A DNA stretch of 64,000 bases from Azolla caroliniana (Eukaryota > Plantae > Polypodiophyta). Positions 36,001 to 49,068 of the stretch are shown one piece after another. The stretch spans positions 5,766,001 to 5,830,000 of the forward strand of contig JBHGNT010000016.1 in assembly GCA_043228905.1 (NCBI GenBank). Reading direction: 5' to 3'. Under the pieces are notes generated by a model. That model did not search any database, was not told where the DNA came from, and saw only the letters and a program-made list of their open reading frames with translations. How positions within the stretch are numbered: position 1 is the stretch's first letter; each line of letters opens with the position of its first letter. A program made the position numbers and the translations under genes.

Positions 36001-39000
36001 GTAAAGATGAGATATTAATGGGATTTTTTTCCTGTGTGAAATGGAAATGGGAGAATTTAGCTACTGGATGAGATGTTTGACATAATGCCTTTGCAAAAGC
36101 TTTGTTTATTAGAAAAGAGTTAAAATTAGTTGCTGTAATGGCATACATCAGTACATTTGCATGTGGGGTTGGATTTCTATGAGCAGCCTTACCACTTGCC
36201 TGTTCATAATACGTCAGATAGGTAGGAATCTATATCAGAGACAACAAAAATGAATAGTTACAGATAATCTCACATCTATGAGTGACAAAGTAGGAAACCT
36301 TCATGTAGCCTAAAGGATGACCAACATTGATCAATGAATCATTGTAAAAGTGAATAAATTCCTCTTGATAAGGTTTAAATGTACACTGGAAGTAGAACTG
36401 AGATAATTTTCATCCAAATGAGGTGTTTTAGTGGGTGAACAACAGTCATTCCTGATGCTAATCAATGCATACTTTTCTGTTAAGTTTGTCTCAATCATGG
36501 TTATTGTAAGATTTGAAGCTCCAAGTAATTTCTAGTCACTAAGACGTGCATATATGTGTGTGTAGGTATGTATGTATGTGTGGTTTGCATGTTGGCGTAT
36601 ATGTAGGACCTATGTGTGTATGAATGCAATATCGTGTGTACGTATATATAAATTTATGGGCTCTTTCTAGGGTGAAACACTTCACTGTGTTGGAACTTTT
36701 GTACCAGGGTGAACTCTATACTGTATGTACACTACAGTAAGAGCCATAGTATACCACCAGGGCTGATATTGATTGTAAAATTTCATCTGATATGAGAGTT
36801 CAAAAATCATAGTGCTGGTGGACAAAGACATTGCATGTGACAGAATAGGCATGAAGCTAGAGCATTAGTCAATTAGCTGGATACTTCCAGGTCTCAAACT
36901 TGACCCAATCTCAGAAGATTCTCTAGGCATTCAAGCAATTTTTCCTCATCAAACTATGGTCTTTACTTGTTTTGTGATGTGGTACTGATGTTTTTATAGT
37001 ATTTGTTTCTCTCAGTGTGAGCTTGTGGTTCTGACCAAGGAGGATTATGATAGTATTTTAAAAACAGAACTTTCACAGGAAGTAAAAGAAAAGGTGGAAA
37101 CATTGAAGGTGAAGTAGGACAAATTTTTGTAACCTTATCATGTTTAAAATTAGACGGAACAGAGAAACAGTTGCCTTTTGAATTTGAATTATCTATGCCA
37201 AGCAGAACATAAAAGTTTTACGAGGCATTTCTGATTTGAGCATCCAACGGCTTGCTAGACTATTAATTCCAAGGACTTTTGCTAAAAATAGAGGTAAATT
37301 TACAAACAGCACAAAAAATCAACCAAAGGAACTAGCTCACCTCTTTCTCTGCGAAATATTATTCAATAATGTCAATAATTTCGATTTTAAAATTATTTAA
37401 AAGGAAAATGACAATAATGAAATGTTAGTTTCGATTTTTATAATTCAAAATTATAGTTCATATTATATCATCCAGGTATGTGAAAACATCTACGATGTCT
37501 GGTGTCTTCATACAAGCTGATAATTTTGTTATCCTAAATGTTAATTTAGTTAGAGGTTTTTTTTCGTCGTAAGGAAACCTTTCATGTCATTTTAGTTAGG
37601 CTTAGGCAACAAGGAGTTGACATTGATTGTCCTATTTTAGTCCATACGATTTAGCAGGGATGCTGCAACTACCAGATGCAGGCTGGCTACTGATATGAGA
37701 AAATATCGCATTTCTTGCTGAAGTTTGGATTTATGTCATTTAGCATAAAGGCATCAATTGAGAATGTGTGTTGTATCTTTTTGCATTTTTACACTGTTAG
37801 CAATGGAATCTGTTTTCAACTTCTGACAGAGATCTTGAACTCGTCCTTGATGTGTATGTACCTTTTGCAATGTTTATGAAAACCTTGCCTTCAGCTCTGG
37901 ATGATTGTTTTCTCATCAATAGGCTTTTATTTAGCCCTTGTTTTGGTTTTATGAAAGCACTTATCTTTTTTGTTATTTATCATTCAAAACATAATGTATG
38001 TTGTATTAATTCCTATGCAGCTTTTATTGACATAGATTCATATATGTTCTCACAGCTCATCATGAAAAAATTAATTCTAACATTGCATGATTGTTTGATA
38101 TAATGGTATACTGTCTGTTTAATGTTTGTAATTTATCATTCTCATCATGACATGTGCTGTTTTTGCTCCTCCACTACCTGATGCAAAATTCACATATTTG
38201 CACCTATACCATATAATCGTGGCTTTAAGTATGTAAATCTTTCTGTTTTATAGTGATTTCTTTCCAAGGAGAGGAGGCCATGGAGATGTATTTTATGAAG
38301 TCTGGGGAATGTCGGGTATTCATATTGAACTCCAACTCAGTCATGCCTCATGTTCATAATGATAGGCAAAAAAAGTAAAGAAACTTTTGTTGAAAGATAC
38401 ACATAATCTTGATAGTAATGTGTGGTATTAATCATAATTGATCAATTGCCTGTAATAATTGTCTATGATTGATCACAATATTGAAAAAAAAATTCAATAT
38501 TGATCACAAGGTGCAGGGCCTTTTATCTATCATCTGTAATAAGTTCACATATTTGCTTTGCACATTTGAATGTTGCATGCGATTTGTAACAAATTTCACC
38601 GTTTTTTTAATCGAAGCAAATTTTATAAATGTTAATGATGCTTTTGTTTAAATGCAGGTTGTGATGGAAGTCAACAGAGAACCCAAAACTACAATTAGGC
38701 CACTACCACAAGCAGCTATGAATGCATATAGGTAGAATTCTTTCAAAGCAGCAGAAATTTTGCAGTAACTAATCTGAATGCTAACTCAGATTTTCTTTCA
38801 GGTCACCCAATCTCTCATCAGAGACTCTGAATGCTAATCCACATTTTACAGCAGCAGAAAGCCTTTATTTGAGGTCTGCGTCAGCCGTTCCTCTTCAACC
38901 TCAAATGGAAGCAGTAAATCCATTATGTCTACCATCGAGAAGTCACTCAGTGAATCATAACAACACTACTTCTGGAAGAGCTTCATGTCAGCTCGTCAAT

Positions 39001-41010
39001 TACAAATCTTGCTACACAGCTTGCCAAAATGATTTTCTGTGCCATGAAGAGAAGAAGGATCTGCATACATCGAGCAGCTTGTCTTTCGTAAATATGAGCA
39101 GAGGACCTGGTTCTGAATTAAAGGACAGTATCAAGGGCTCCAAAAAGAACATGAAAATATTTAACTGTGCAAAAAGCTCAAATCCTGCTTACACTTTGAA
39201 GTCCTTTTTAAAAGACTTCCAGAAAAGAGAACCTGATGGAGATCTTATTGCAGATTTAGACTTTTCAGACAAACATGCGCTATCATGGAATACAGGAACT
39301 AACATGAGTGGGATGCTCAGAGGTGACATTAGTGATGGAGCAGCATATCAATGTAAGTTTGAGAATTGGGCAAAAGGAGTGGTTGCAAGAGAGAAGAAGA
39401 GACTCTGTGGTGAAGCATCTATAAACCAAGAGTTTGCGTCCAGCATTTCTATTCAGTCCATGCGGAACTCATGGCCAGCTAGGTCAAAGAAGCCAATCAT
39501 TTCAGAGGTCAAGAACTCTCCTCTCAATCTGGATAATATTAAATTTTAAAGTGGGAAAGCATGCCCCCGGTTCTGTATGTTCTTTGCTTCGATGCTCAGG
39601 ATAAGTTATTAAAATGTGAATAACAGATGCTGTGTTTATATGTGTATGCAGGACACTGTTTTTTTGGATGTTGGAGCGTTACACCCAGGGGATTTTTTTG
39701 GAGAGGTTAGTTGTTTCTTTTTGCAAGATTTCAGCTATTTGAAATGACAATGGACAAGAAGTTGTAAACAAACCAATAAACAAGAAGGGTATTCATGACT
39801 CCCCTAAGTGCAACATTAAAATGTTGTTTGCAAATGTCACAGTTTGATATATCTAAGCAATCAGATAGGGATGTAAAAATGTCATCATGATAGATATCCA
39901 AGTAAGGACTCACTCAAAGTGGCCAGAATTCATGAAAATGTTCATCCATCGGTATCCCAACTCTTGTTGTTCTGATTGTGAGAAGGGCAAAGTGGCCTTT
40001 TATGTGGCTGGAGAAATCAGATTAGCACATGAAAATGCTTTTAACACTTACATCATGGTACATATCTAATGTGAAGACACAAAGGGAGTGAGCCTCTGTT
40101 AAGAGGTTTATTCTTCTGGATGCCAACCATTCTCATTTGTTGCTGCATATCGTATAGACCAAAGTTACCTGGGTACTTTGGCATGTGTCATGTACTGACT
40201 AGTTTTGTTGCTTATTCTTTGACATAGGAAGATTAGAATGTCTTAATAGGTCCTTAATTTGTGATGTTTATCTGCAAAGGCTTCGAATCTCATGTGTATA
40301 AGTTTGTATCACAGATTGGTTTGTTACATCATTCACGTAGGAAAGCGAGCATCTTGACAGTCACTGCGGTGGAGGTCCTGGTTCTTAGCAAATGGGACTT
40401 CAATAGACAAGTTGACAAAGACATTGTTGAGTGTCTTTCTGCCAATGTAAGCTCTTTTTCTGTATTTAGTCAAGTATTTTAAATGTTTTCCTTACATATT
40501 TGAGAAATATTTAATATTTTTGTTTACATGTCCAAATTGCTTCACAGTTAAAGTATTTTTCATACATGTCAAATTGCTTTCCTTACATATTTGAGGAGTA
40601 TTTAATATTTTTGTTTACATGTCTAAATTGCTTTCACAGTTCAAGTATTTTTGAAGTGTTTTTGGACGTTTTTCTTGGATATTTCGAATATTGTTCTTAT
40701 GTGTATAAATTGTTTCGAATGTTGTTTGAAGTATATAGCTCAAGCTCTCTGTATATGCAGGACTACAAAAAGATCGAGGATATATTTCGGCAGTATCAAA
40801 AGACGCGGCGATGGGCACATTACAAGGTATCTAATGATATAATCTGTTGTTTGTTTTTAGCAGATTTTACTCATTTATTGTGTATGGAATATTTTGCTGC
40901 AGAAAAAGATAATGCAAGAAGTTCTTGCTGCACGTAGAATGCGTTTTCCAAACCTTTACGAGCATCACATGGGTGTGGGCAAGGGAATGCCTCATACAAA
41001 AAGGGAGTGA
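33001..41010 (+). CDS. Soluble tandem cyclic-nucleotide-binding-domain protein (CNBD1/CNBD2- or PKA-R-like architecture), ~16 coding exons, ~638 aa
   Basis: In-phase exons: 33001-33132 (start uncertain), 33219-33295, 34081-34177, 34785-34830, 34925-34983, 35079-35173, 35686-35713, 37016-37108, 37206-37293, 38254-38315, 38658-38731, 38802-39507, 39652-39705, 40315-40446, 40761-40826, 40903-41010. CNBD-A: VYKVRDLATCMYIIFTGSVKV...GADDYFGEAVLLKEDLLRRETVTAKEKCELVVLTKEDYD. CNBD-B: VISFQGEEAMEMYFMKSGECRV...LHPGDFFGEIGLLHHSRRKASILTVTAVEVLVLSKWDF. Confidence 0.88.
40480..40652. repeat. ~90-bp tandem duplication in a CNBD-gene intron
   Basis: TTTCCTTACATATTTGAG..ATTTAATATTTTTGTTTACATGTC.AAATTGCTT..ACAGTT.AAGTATTTTT occurs twice. 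Confidence 0.85.
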
Positions 41011-43176
41011 TAAAGTGTTTTTTTTGTTCTTAATAGTTTTCCTTGTATAGTACAGGATGAATTTCATGGTAAAGTTATAAATCTCAAATCCAAAGTAGAG
41101 TTCCTGTAAAAAAAATTATTTGATCACTTCAATATGCTTAAACCAATAATACACAACTTGGTTTCAATAAGGACCATGATCAAGTGGTTCTCTGTATAGG
41201 TGAGTAATGTATTGAGCATGCCAAGGGCTCGATAATGTGCTGACCATAGGCAGTAGTCAAATTCTTTGTGAATCATATTGGATTCAAGACAAGTATTGTA
41301 TCTATGAGAATGGATCTCTCTCTTTCTTTAAGTAAATACCTTTCTCGTGGCTTGGGTTGTATTTTTTCCTTTTATTTGCATTTCTTCTTAGGTTTACAGA
41401 TTACAATTTTTTTATTGAACAAGTGACTGGTTTCATTGCCAACAAAGCATACTTTAGTAATGATTCCTAATTTGTGCCAATATGTTTGCCAGCTCTATCA
41501 TTGCTATTTCTAATTTGAAACTTTATTGTTATTTGACTTGAACTAGTTTACGTAAAATCCGGATTACAGTAGTATGCATATTGGTTATAAACCCACACAG
41601 ATATATGACAAATGTACTTGAACTTTCCCCCCAAGAGTTTTGAAAATGACAGATTGTGAGGATTCCAAATAAGAAGAATTTATACCCCTGTTTCGTGCTA
41701 ATTTCTCCTAATATTGCCATTGTAATCTTGGTTAATTTGATGAATTAATCATGAGTGCTCATAAATCCAGTGCTATATGCTGTTATGTTCATGATTGTTT
41801 CTTGAATTGTATTGAGCAAGGCAGCAATTGATGCTAATCTAACCTCTCCATGTTGTATATGGTGTTAGAACGATTCTGTGAAAAAACTTATGAAGCTCCA
41901 AAGGGAGCATATTGCATACGATATATATGTTCATGAATGTTCTTTTAATCATATTGAGTGGCTTAAATTGCAATGCACTTAAAAGTATCATAGCATAACT
42001 AATCCAATAAGAAAATCATATAGTATTATGTGTATTATTTGTAAATATGTATTTGTATATACATGTTCATGCACATCTTCCCTTGGATTTCAGATTATTC
42101 ATAGAAACAGAAAAGCCCTATATTTGAGAGTGGAACTTTCTTTAGGTCTTGTCTCACAACACTTCTGATTCACTTTATACCCCAAACATGTGTGAGTGGA
42201 GAAAATTCATGATGGTTAATTTTTAACTGGATCTTACAAAAGGGATTAGTGTTCACATGAACCGAATGGTTACAAAGGTATGCTTCCCTTAAAATTAAAA
42301 TAATTAACTAGAATCAATACTTGGCTGTCAAAATGATGAAATGTTTCCATGTCGTGAGAAGACAATTCTCTAGGTCGGCTATGATGAGCATAAGGGGATA
42401 ACATTATAATTGTGACCAAATTCTTGGAATATAGGTTGAGCTAGACTTTCTAGTCGAGTACAATTGTTATGAAATGATAGCATTCCTTGAACCATCGTCA
42501 TTATCATTATGCCATGTATTTTATCGTGAGCAAGGTATACTAATTCAAACATTATGTATTCTATATATAGCAAGAAGAACCACTTTAGGATATGAAATAA
42601 TGGTAGAATATTATTAAAAAGATGGTCTGTAATATATATATATATATATATACAAAATATAATCTCTAAATGAAAAGATGTGACATGATGCGATGGAAAA
42701 AGATAACAACTCTTGGAGTGCTAGATATGCAAAAATAAGATGGGATGCAAGGGCTCTTTGAGTGCAATCAACATCAAAGTGATCCTCAATTCATTGATCT
42801 TTCTGGTACCAATGTGTAGGCACTTTGTGGACAATAAACGGTTTCGGTATTAACTTGTGCACATTGACAAGGCTACTAAACTAGGCAAAGGAACTTATGT
42901 TAGCATTTGACCCTTTGACCTAACCTTTACACACTTGTCACAGTCAATGTAATAGCATGGACAGGGCTACTAAAACTAGCTATTATTTTAGTATCGGACT
43001 CCCGTTTATGGACGTGTCCCAAGCGATGCGTAACATGGCGAGGGCTACTAAATCTAGCATTTGATTCATGAATCTCTCGAATTGATGGCATTTTGACGCA
43101 GATTTATGAATCTAACGAGGGAGCTATTGTGGGCATTTTGAAGCACCTTTACGAATATAACGTGATGGCATGACAT

Positions 43177-43179
<3 letters not shown>

Positions 43180-43215
<36 letters not shown>
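43180..43215. repeat. (GA)n microsatellite
   Basis: Directly visible. Confidence 0.95.
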
Positions 43216-43220
<5 letters not shown>

Positions 43221-46200
43221 GCTAGCCAAGGAGGTAATGGGAAGCAAGCACCCAATGACTCTATACACAATGTTTGTCGCGATAGCGGGACACGGTAATG
43301 TGAGTATGTAGATACACCCACTCCTCCACATGTGGACAAATGACATGGAATGTGGATAGTGTGGAACAGAGTGGATAGACATATGGTATTGACACTTATA
43401 GAGGGGAGTGTGTGTGTGTGTGTGCAAGTTCCAAAAAGGCAAGATTCATCATTCACGAGGAGAATTGGATAGAGTGTATATTTTCTAGCACTCAAAGTGT
43501 CTCACCACTCAATAAATGATCTCTCTCCATCTCTATCTCTATATCTAGAGCCCCTCCTCTCTCTCTCTAGACCCTCATTCATTTTGTGTACCATCCCTCA
43601 TCCTTCATACTCCCCGAGTCCCCACCACCCCTTTACAATAATAGTCCCTTTAACAAGTGTCCCCAACACTCTTAACAAACCTTAATAATACCCCACCCAC
43701 CCCTTCCCTCTTGTTATGGTTGTAGTATGTATGTATGTACCCTAGTTTATGAAAACATGTTCTTTTGTAGGAAACTCCCATTCACACCCACAAAATACTT
43801 GGGACTCACACCCCCGACTCCCCTTCCACTCACCCGGTATGTGCCCTTTTGTACAACGGAAATGCAAACCATAGGTGTTGAAATGCATCACCTTGTAAAA
43901 TGTCTCTTGCTTCATAGGGTTTGAACTCATGACCTTCCTCTTCTCCAACAAGATTACTCACTTCCGGTGTCTTTCTTTCTTTTTCATGTTAGGGCTAGGA
44001 TATATCATCATAGGAATGTAGGACCTAAACATGTGGCCTTTTTGGTTTCCATCACACAATGTTACCAACTAAGCTTCAACTTTAGAAGCCGTTTTTTACA
44101 TGGACTGTCACTAGGCTCTGTCTCATAGATTGCACTTGGTCCCCCATGGACTTTAAAACTCTCTCTCTCTCTCATGTGCCCACACAGACTATTTTTTTAA
44201 AGTTGTGCAATTATTGATTGCAATAAACTTCAAGATTTATGGAAAGTTGAAACTCCCCCTTTTTGGGAGGAGGAGATTTAAATGTCTTGTTTTTGTCACT
44301 TGTGTGATGTTATTTGTTTAGATCCTCCATCCCCAAAACCAAAGTTCCAATATCTCTAATTCCAAACATATAATGATTTGTGTAGACTTCCTATTCGTGA
44401 GTTGTGTAGTATACTTCTTCTAAGAACCTAATACACTTATAGTGAAGTAATTTGTGAAGACTTTCTATGCGCAATATGTGTGTATGCTTCTTCTAAGAAT
44501 GTAGTGCACTAACAGATGGTTTATTGGATCGTTCCTAGTGTTAAATGTACATTGGCTAGTAGTATCTAAATATTAGCAATTCCCTTATGTTAATGCCAAC
44601 ATGAAGATATTCAACACCATGAATGGAATAAATGGACAGTGATAACAAAAATGCCCATGAGACATGTACTCTAAGACCTAATAGATATGTTTTAACACTT
44701 TAATGTGTCGTGGTTTTCTTCCCAATTTGATGCTCGCATTAGATATTTCATTGGTTTTATATCACTCTCCTTGATTATGGTGTTCATTGTGGAACTCATC
44801 TAAAAATAGTTGGATCATTATAAGATCTTGATGACAATTAGCATTTTTAATCTTGCATATCATAGAGGGATTGATTCCCATTAAGGTAGATCATGATCTC
44901 TTGATAAATGGATGATTTGTGACAAAGCTTATTGTCATCGCGACACATTCACCTCACATTGGTCCAAGTGTGTTATTTCATGGAGCAACTTGAGCATACA
45001 TATATTTCAAGTTAAACTAGATTTCCCATTGTGTAGTTAAGATCCTAACAAATGCATCGGTCACAAGGATGTTCTAGAATTGAGTAAAGATTTGGAGCTA
45101 TTCTAATATAATACTTTAAGTGCAGAAACAAAAACGGCAACGTCTTAACATTTTAGGCGATTACGTTGCCCAAAATGGTCAATGATTGTTATTCTTGTCC
45201 TTGAAGATTGGAGAGTCGATTCTACAAACGACAATCGAGATACACAGATTAGAAGTTATGTGCATGTATATTCCAAACCAACCGTAGAAATCTGAATCCT
45301 CAAAACATCCATAGAAATGTATATTCTGAAATGTGACCTATTCGTACGTACATTAGGGCCTTTTAATACCCGAATGTAGAATAATAACTATTCATACATG
45401 TAAGTCCTTTTCATACTCTTCTATATCGAAAATTAAAATAAACACCACTTACAAGCTACAATTATTTGGACATTTTGTCTTTATGGCACCAACCAATTCT
45501 CCAAACACGAAAGGACAATAATTAAAGAACAACCTTTTGCTACACGATAATCTTGAACAGTAAGAAAGTTTTAGCTATCTATTAACGATCCACAATTGTT
45601 ATTGCATGTACAATACAATTTTAGCTATATGGAAGCATTCCTATCAAACCTCTTGTGGTTTTGTTTAGCAAAGAATGGAGTATGTGCCTATATTAATATA
45701 CGTTGATCACTTGTAATGTAAATGACGGTTCTTATTCATACAAATTCAATCTTCAGGGCTGAGCTACAACCATGGCATTAGGTTAGTGACATCTAGGGTT
45801 GATGATTGTCTTAGGAGTTACTGTCAAAGCTCGTCGGTGATCTGTCCTTGTGGGGGCATTGTTTGCTTTTTCTCTTATAGATATACTTGGAGGGACACAA
45901 TAAAATAAAACCAAAATGACTTAGACATGTTCACCCTTTTTATGATGTAGGATGGGCGGACCGTCTCATTCGACAAGGAGCACTCGGATAACCAAACTAT
46001 TTTAATAATACTAAAGGAAAAAAAACATGTTAGGGTAAAATATATGGGCCCTTTTCTTCTTCCTTTTTACGATGATAAGCGTACAACTTACCAATGGGCA
46101 AATGGATTTCACAACACTCTTTTCTTTTTATTGTTTTCTGAAAAGGCTCATCGAGGCCATGCTTGGGGTACTTTGCTTTATAGAAAACATATACATACAT

Positions 46201-46404
46201 ACATACATACGAACACCAACCAGAGGGAAATACGAGCAGTGCGCAAGAGGTAACAACATGAGGAGGTGTAAATGTTTCCAGAAGAGTAAATGATATATAT
46301 GGGAGTCATGACTCTTTCTTTAAAGGAGAGAGTAGCCAAGTGGTATACACACATATCTCGGTTGGTCTGGTGGGGGCGACATGTTGTTGGAATTATGTAT
46401 TGAC

Positions 46405-46830
46405 AACTACATACATACGTACATGCAGTGCGTACACACACACATATACACATACAATACACAAGTACACACATGCACACAATACATATACATAGAATAC
46501 ATATACGCATGCACACACATACATACAACACATACATACAATACATATACATACATACACACATACATACAATACATATACATACACACATACAATACAT
46601 ACATACACACATACATACAATACATATACATATACACATACAATACACACATACATACAATACATATACATATACATATACACATACAATACATACATGC
46701 ACACATACATACAATACATATACATATACGCATACAATACACACATACATACTGTATGTACATACGACACACGTACTTGCGAATAACATACATACTGTGA
46801 ATAACACACGTACTTGCGAATAACATAACA
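46405..46830. repeat. Degenerate (TACA/CA/TA) compound satellite
   Basis: Units like CATACATACAATACATATA repeated, ending with two copies of CACACGTACTTGCGAATAACATA. Source of six spurious ORFs. Confidence 0.92.
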
Positions 46831-47192
46831 CATTATATTAAGTTTGGGGAACGGAATTAAATATCATATCTTGTGCTTGCATTCATGCGAGCATGTTATG
46901 TTTCTACAACCCACCCCCCACCCCCCCACCCCCCCAACAAGGAAATGAGACCTGTAGTGTGGGAACGTGTAGGGTTTTCGATTCGATTGTCCGGGTGGGC
47001 GCCCGGACAATCGAAGAAGAGAAGGGTGAACAGATTATGTATATGAAGAAGAGAAGAGTGAACAGATTATGTATGTACAACATATATGTATATGTATGAA
47101 GAAGAGAAGGGTGGCCAGGAACAGGGGAGGAACAGAGCACATCACAGAGAAGAGAAAGAGAAAGAGAGAGTGTGTGTGTGGGGTACTTGGGG

Positions 47193-47236
<44 letters not shown>

Positions 47237-47673
47237 GCATGGGTAGGGGGGTGCAAGAAGAAGCCAAAAGCCATTTTAGTGTTAAAAGTGATGATGATGG
47301 GTGGGTACAGAGCAGAGCAGAGCAGAGCTAGAGAGCAGGACACATACACACACATACTTTTACATACATAAAGATCTAGACATGCAGTGAAGTGAAGAGG
47401 ATACAGATAGAGGGAGAGATTGGGAGAGACAGAGAGAGAGAGAGAGATTGAAAGGAAAAGGAAAAAAGAGATTGAAGGAAAGAAAGAGACATAGAAGAGT
47501 ATGTATATGAGATATACATAGATACATATAGATAGATCACTGTAGCATGAAACACAGAAACTCAGGCATAGAGAAGTTAGAGAGAATGTGTATGGAGTGT
47601 TTTGAGTGAGACAGAAGGTTTTTTTTTTTTTTTTGTTTTGCTCTTTTTAATCTCTTTTGTGTATGAAGAAGTG

Positions 47674-49068
47674 ATGGTAGGAAGAGGTTTTAGCTTTCAG
47701 TGCCATCATCATCATCATCATCATCATCATCCTCTGAAGACCTTCAAGCTTGGGATGCTTCTCATACTCCTGCTTCTCCTCTTCCTCTCCCTCAGGGCTA
47801 AAGCTTGGTTTGACCTTCTTCAAGAAGATGGTAAGAACCCCCCCCCAAGAAAAAAGAAAAGAAAGAAATCAGGGATAAGGAAGAAACAACAGAAAAGGAA
47901 ATTGAGAACTGGATTAAGGATAAGAGACCAGAGATAGAGAAGAGTTTGTGAGAAGATTTCCAAAAACATAGCTCTCTGCTGTTCTTCTTCATGGAGAACC
48001 ATGTCTTTGAGGAGACAGTTCTTCTGCTTGGCCTCAATTTTCATTTCTATGTTTCTGGTTTGTTGTTAATTAATTAGGCATTGCTTGGGAGACAAGGTTA
48101 GCTTCATTACTTCCAGTGTGTTTAGCTAGAGAGATGGATAGGTAGTCAATAGAGAAAGACAGACAGACAGAGAGAGAGAGAGAGAGAATTCATTATGCTT
48201 AGTATTATTATCATTTGATCTGTTGTTTCCAATTCTGGTTTTGCTCAGATCTTTGGAGGCATCACCACCCTTTGCAACATTCAAATAAGGTACTTTCTTC
48301 CACTCCATGGCATTATAAGCTTTGATCTTAATCTTTGAAACCATTAGTTACAAGTCAGCCTTGCTCTTCATCTTAGTCTGAAACTTACTCCTACTCTCAA
48401 AACTTTAAATCCTTTCTCTTTACTTAAAGTCTGTACCCTTAAATGTTTGTGCTAGTCTCAATCTCAATCTTAGACATAATACTAACTTAAATCTTAGTCT
48501 TAATCATAGTCTTAATCTTGTAGAACATATATGTAAGTGCCCACATTATGGGAATGGATGGGTGTGCTGCAAGTATGTCTGATTCAAATGTGATGCAAAA
48601 CATTTTCTCACATGCATACGGATGGATACATTGTATTGGTTTTGTATGTATGTATCTATCTATATATACATATCTATCTATATATATATATACATATCTA
48701 TCTAGCTATATGTATATATATTATGTATATGATGTGTTCAAGTTCAAATTGTTGATTGAATTCAAATTCTTGCCATTTGACAATTGCAGGATTTCACATA
48801 TCACGATAAGATTGTGGTATCCTCGCATCCGAAGATGAAGATGAAGGTGGAGGTATCATCAGCAATGGCATCGGCATCTGAGGTACGTGCAGCTATGTCT
48901 TCACCTGCGACATTGTCGTCTTCGACAAAGCAGCCCGGGTCCCGCCCACCCGAATGTAAGAGTGCATGTCCTGGTTGCCCCAGCGAATGCATAGCGCGGC
49001 CCATCTATGTTGTCGGCACCCACGATACATACCAACACGCTCTTTGGACATGCATGTGTGTCTTTTAA
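47674..49068 (+). CDS. EPIDERMAL PATTERNING FACTOR-like (EPF/EPFL) secreted cysteine-rich peptide precursor, 3 exons, ~158 aa
   Basis: Exons 47674-47830, 48249-48289, 48790-49068 (GT-AG, in phase). Hydrophobic signal segment MLLILLLLLFLSLRAKA. Mature domain PGSRPPECKSACPGCPSEC...YQHALWTCMC with six Cys and the GSxPP and WxCxC hallmarks. Confidence 0.85.

Noticed and set aside
41336-41347. ATACCTTTCTCG identical to the plant U2 snRNA 5' end
   Set aside because: Match stops after 12 nt; no branch-pairing region, Sm site or USE.
42861-43060. Repeat-spacer pattern as a CRISPR array
   Set aside because: Repeat is ~14 bp, only three copies, spacers long and uneven, eukaryotic context, no cas genes.
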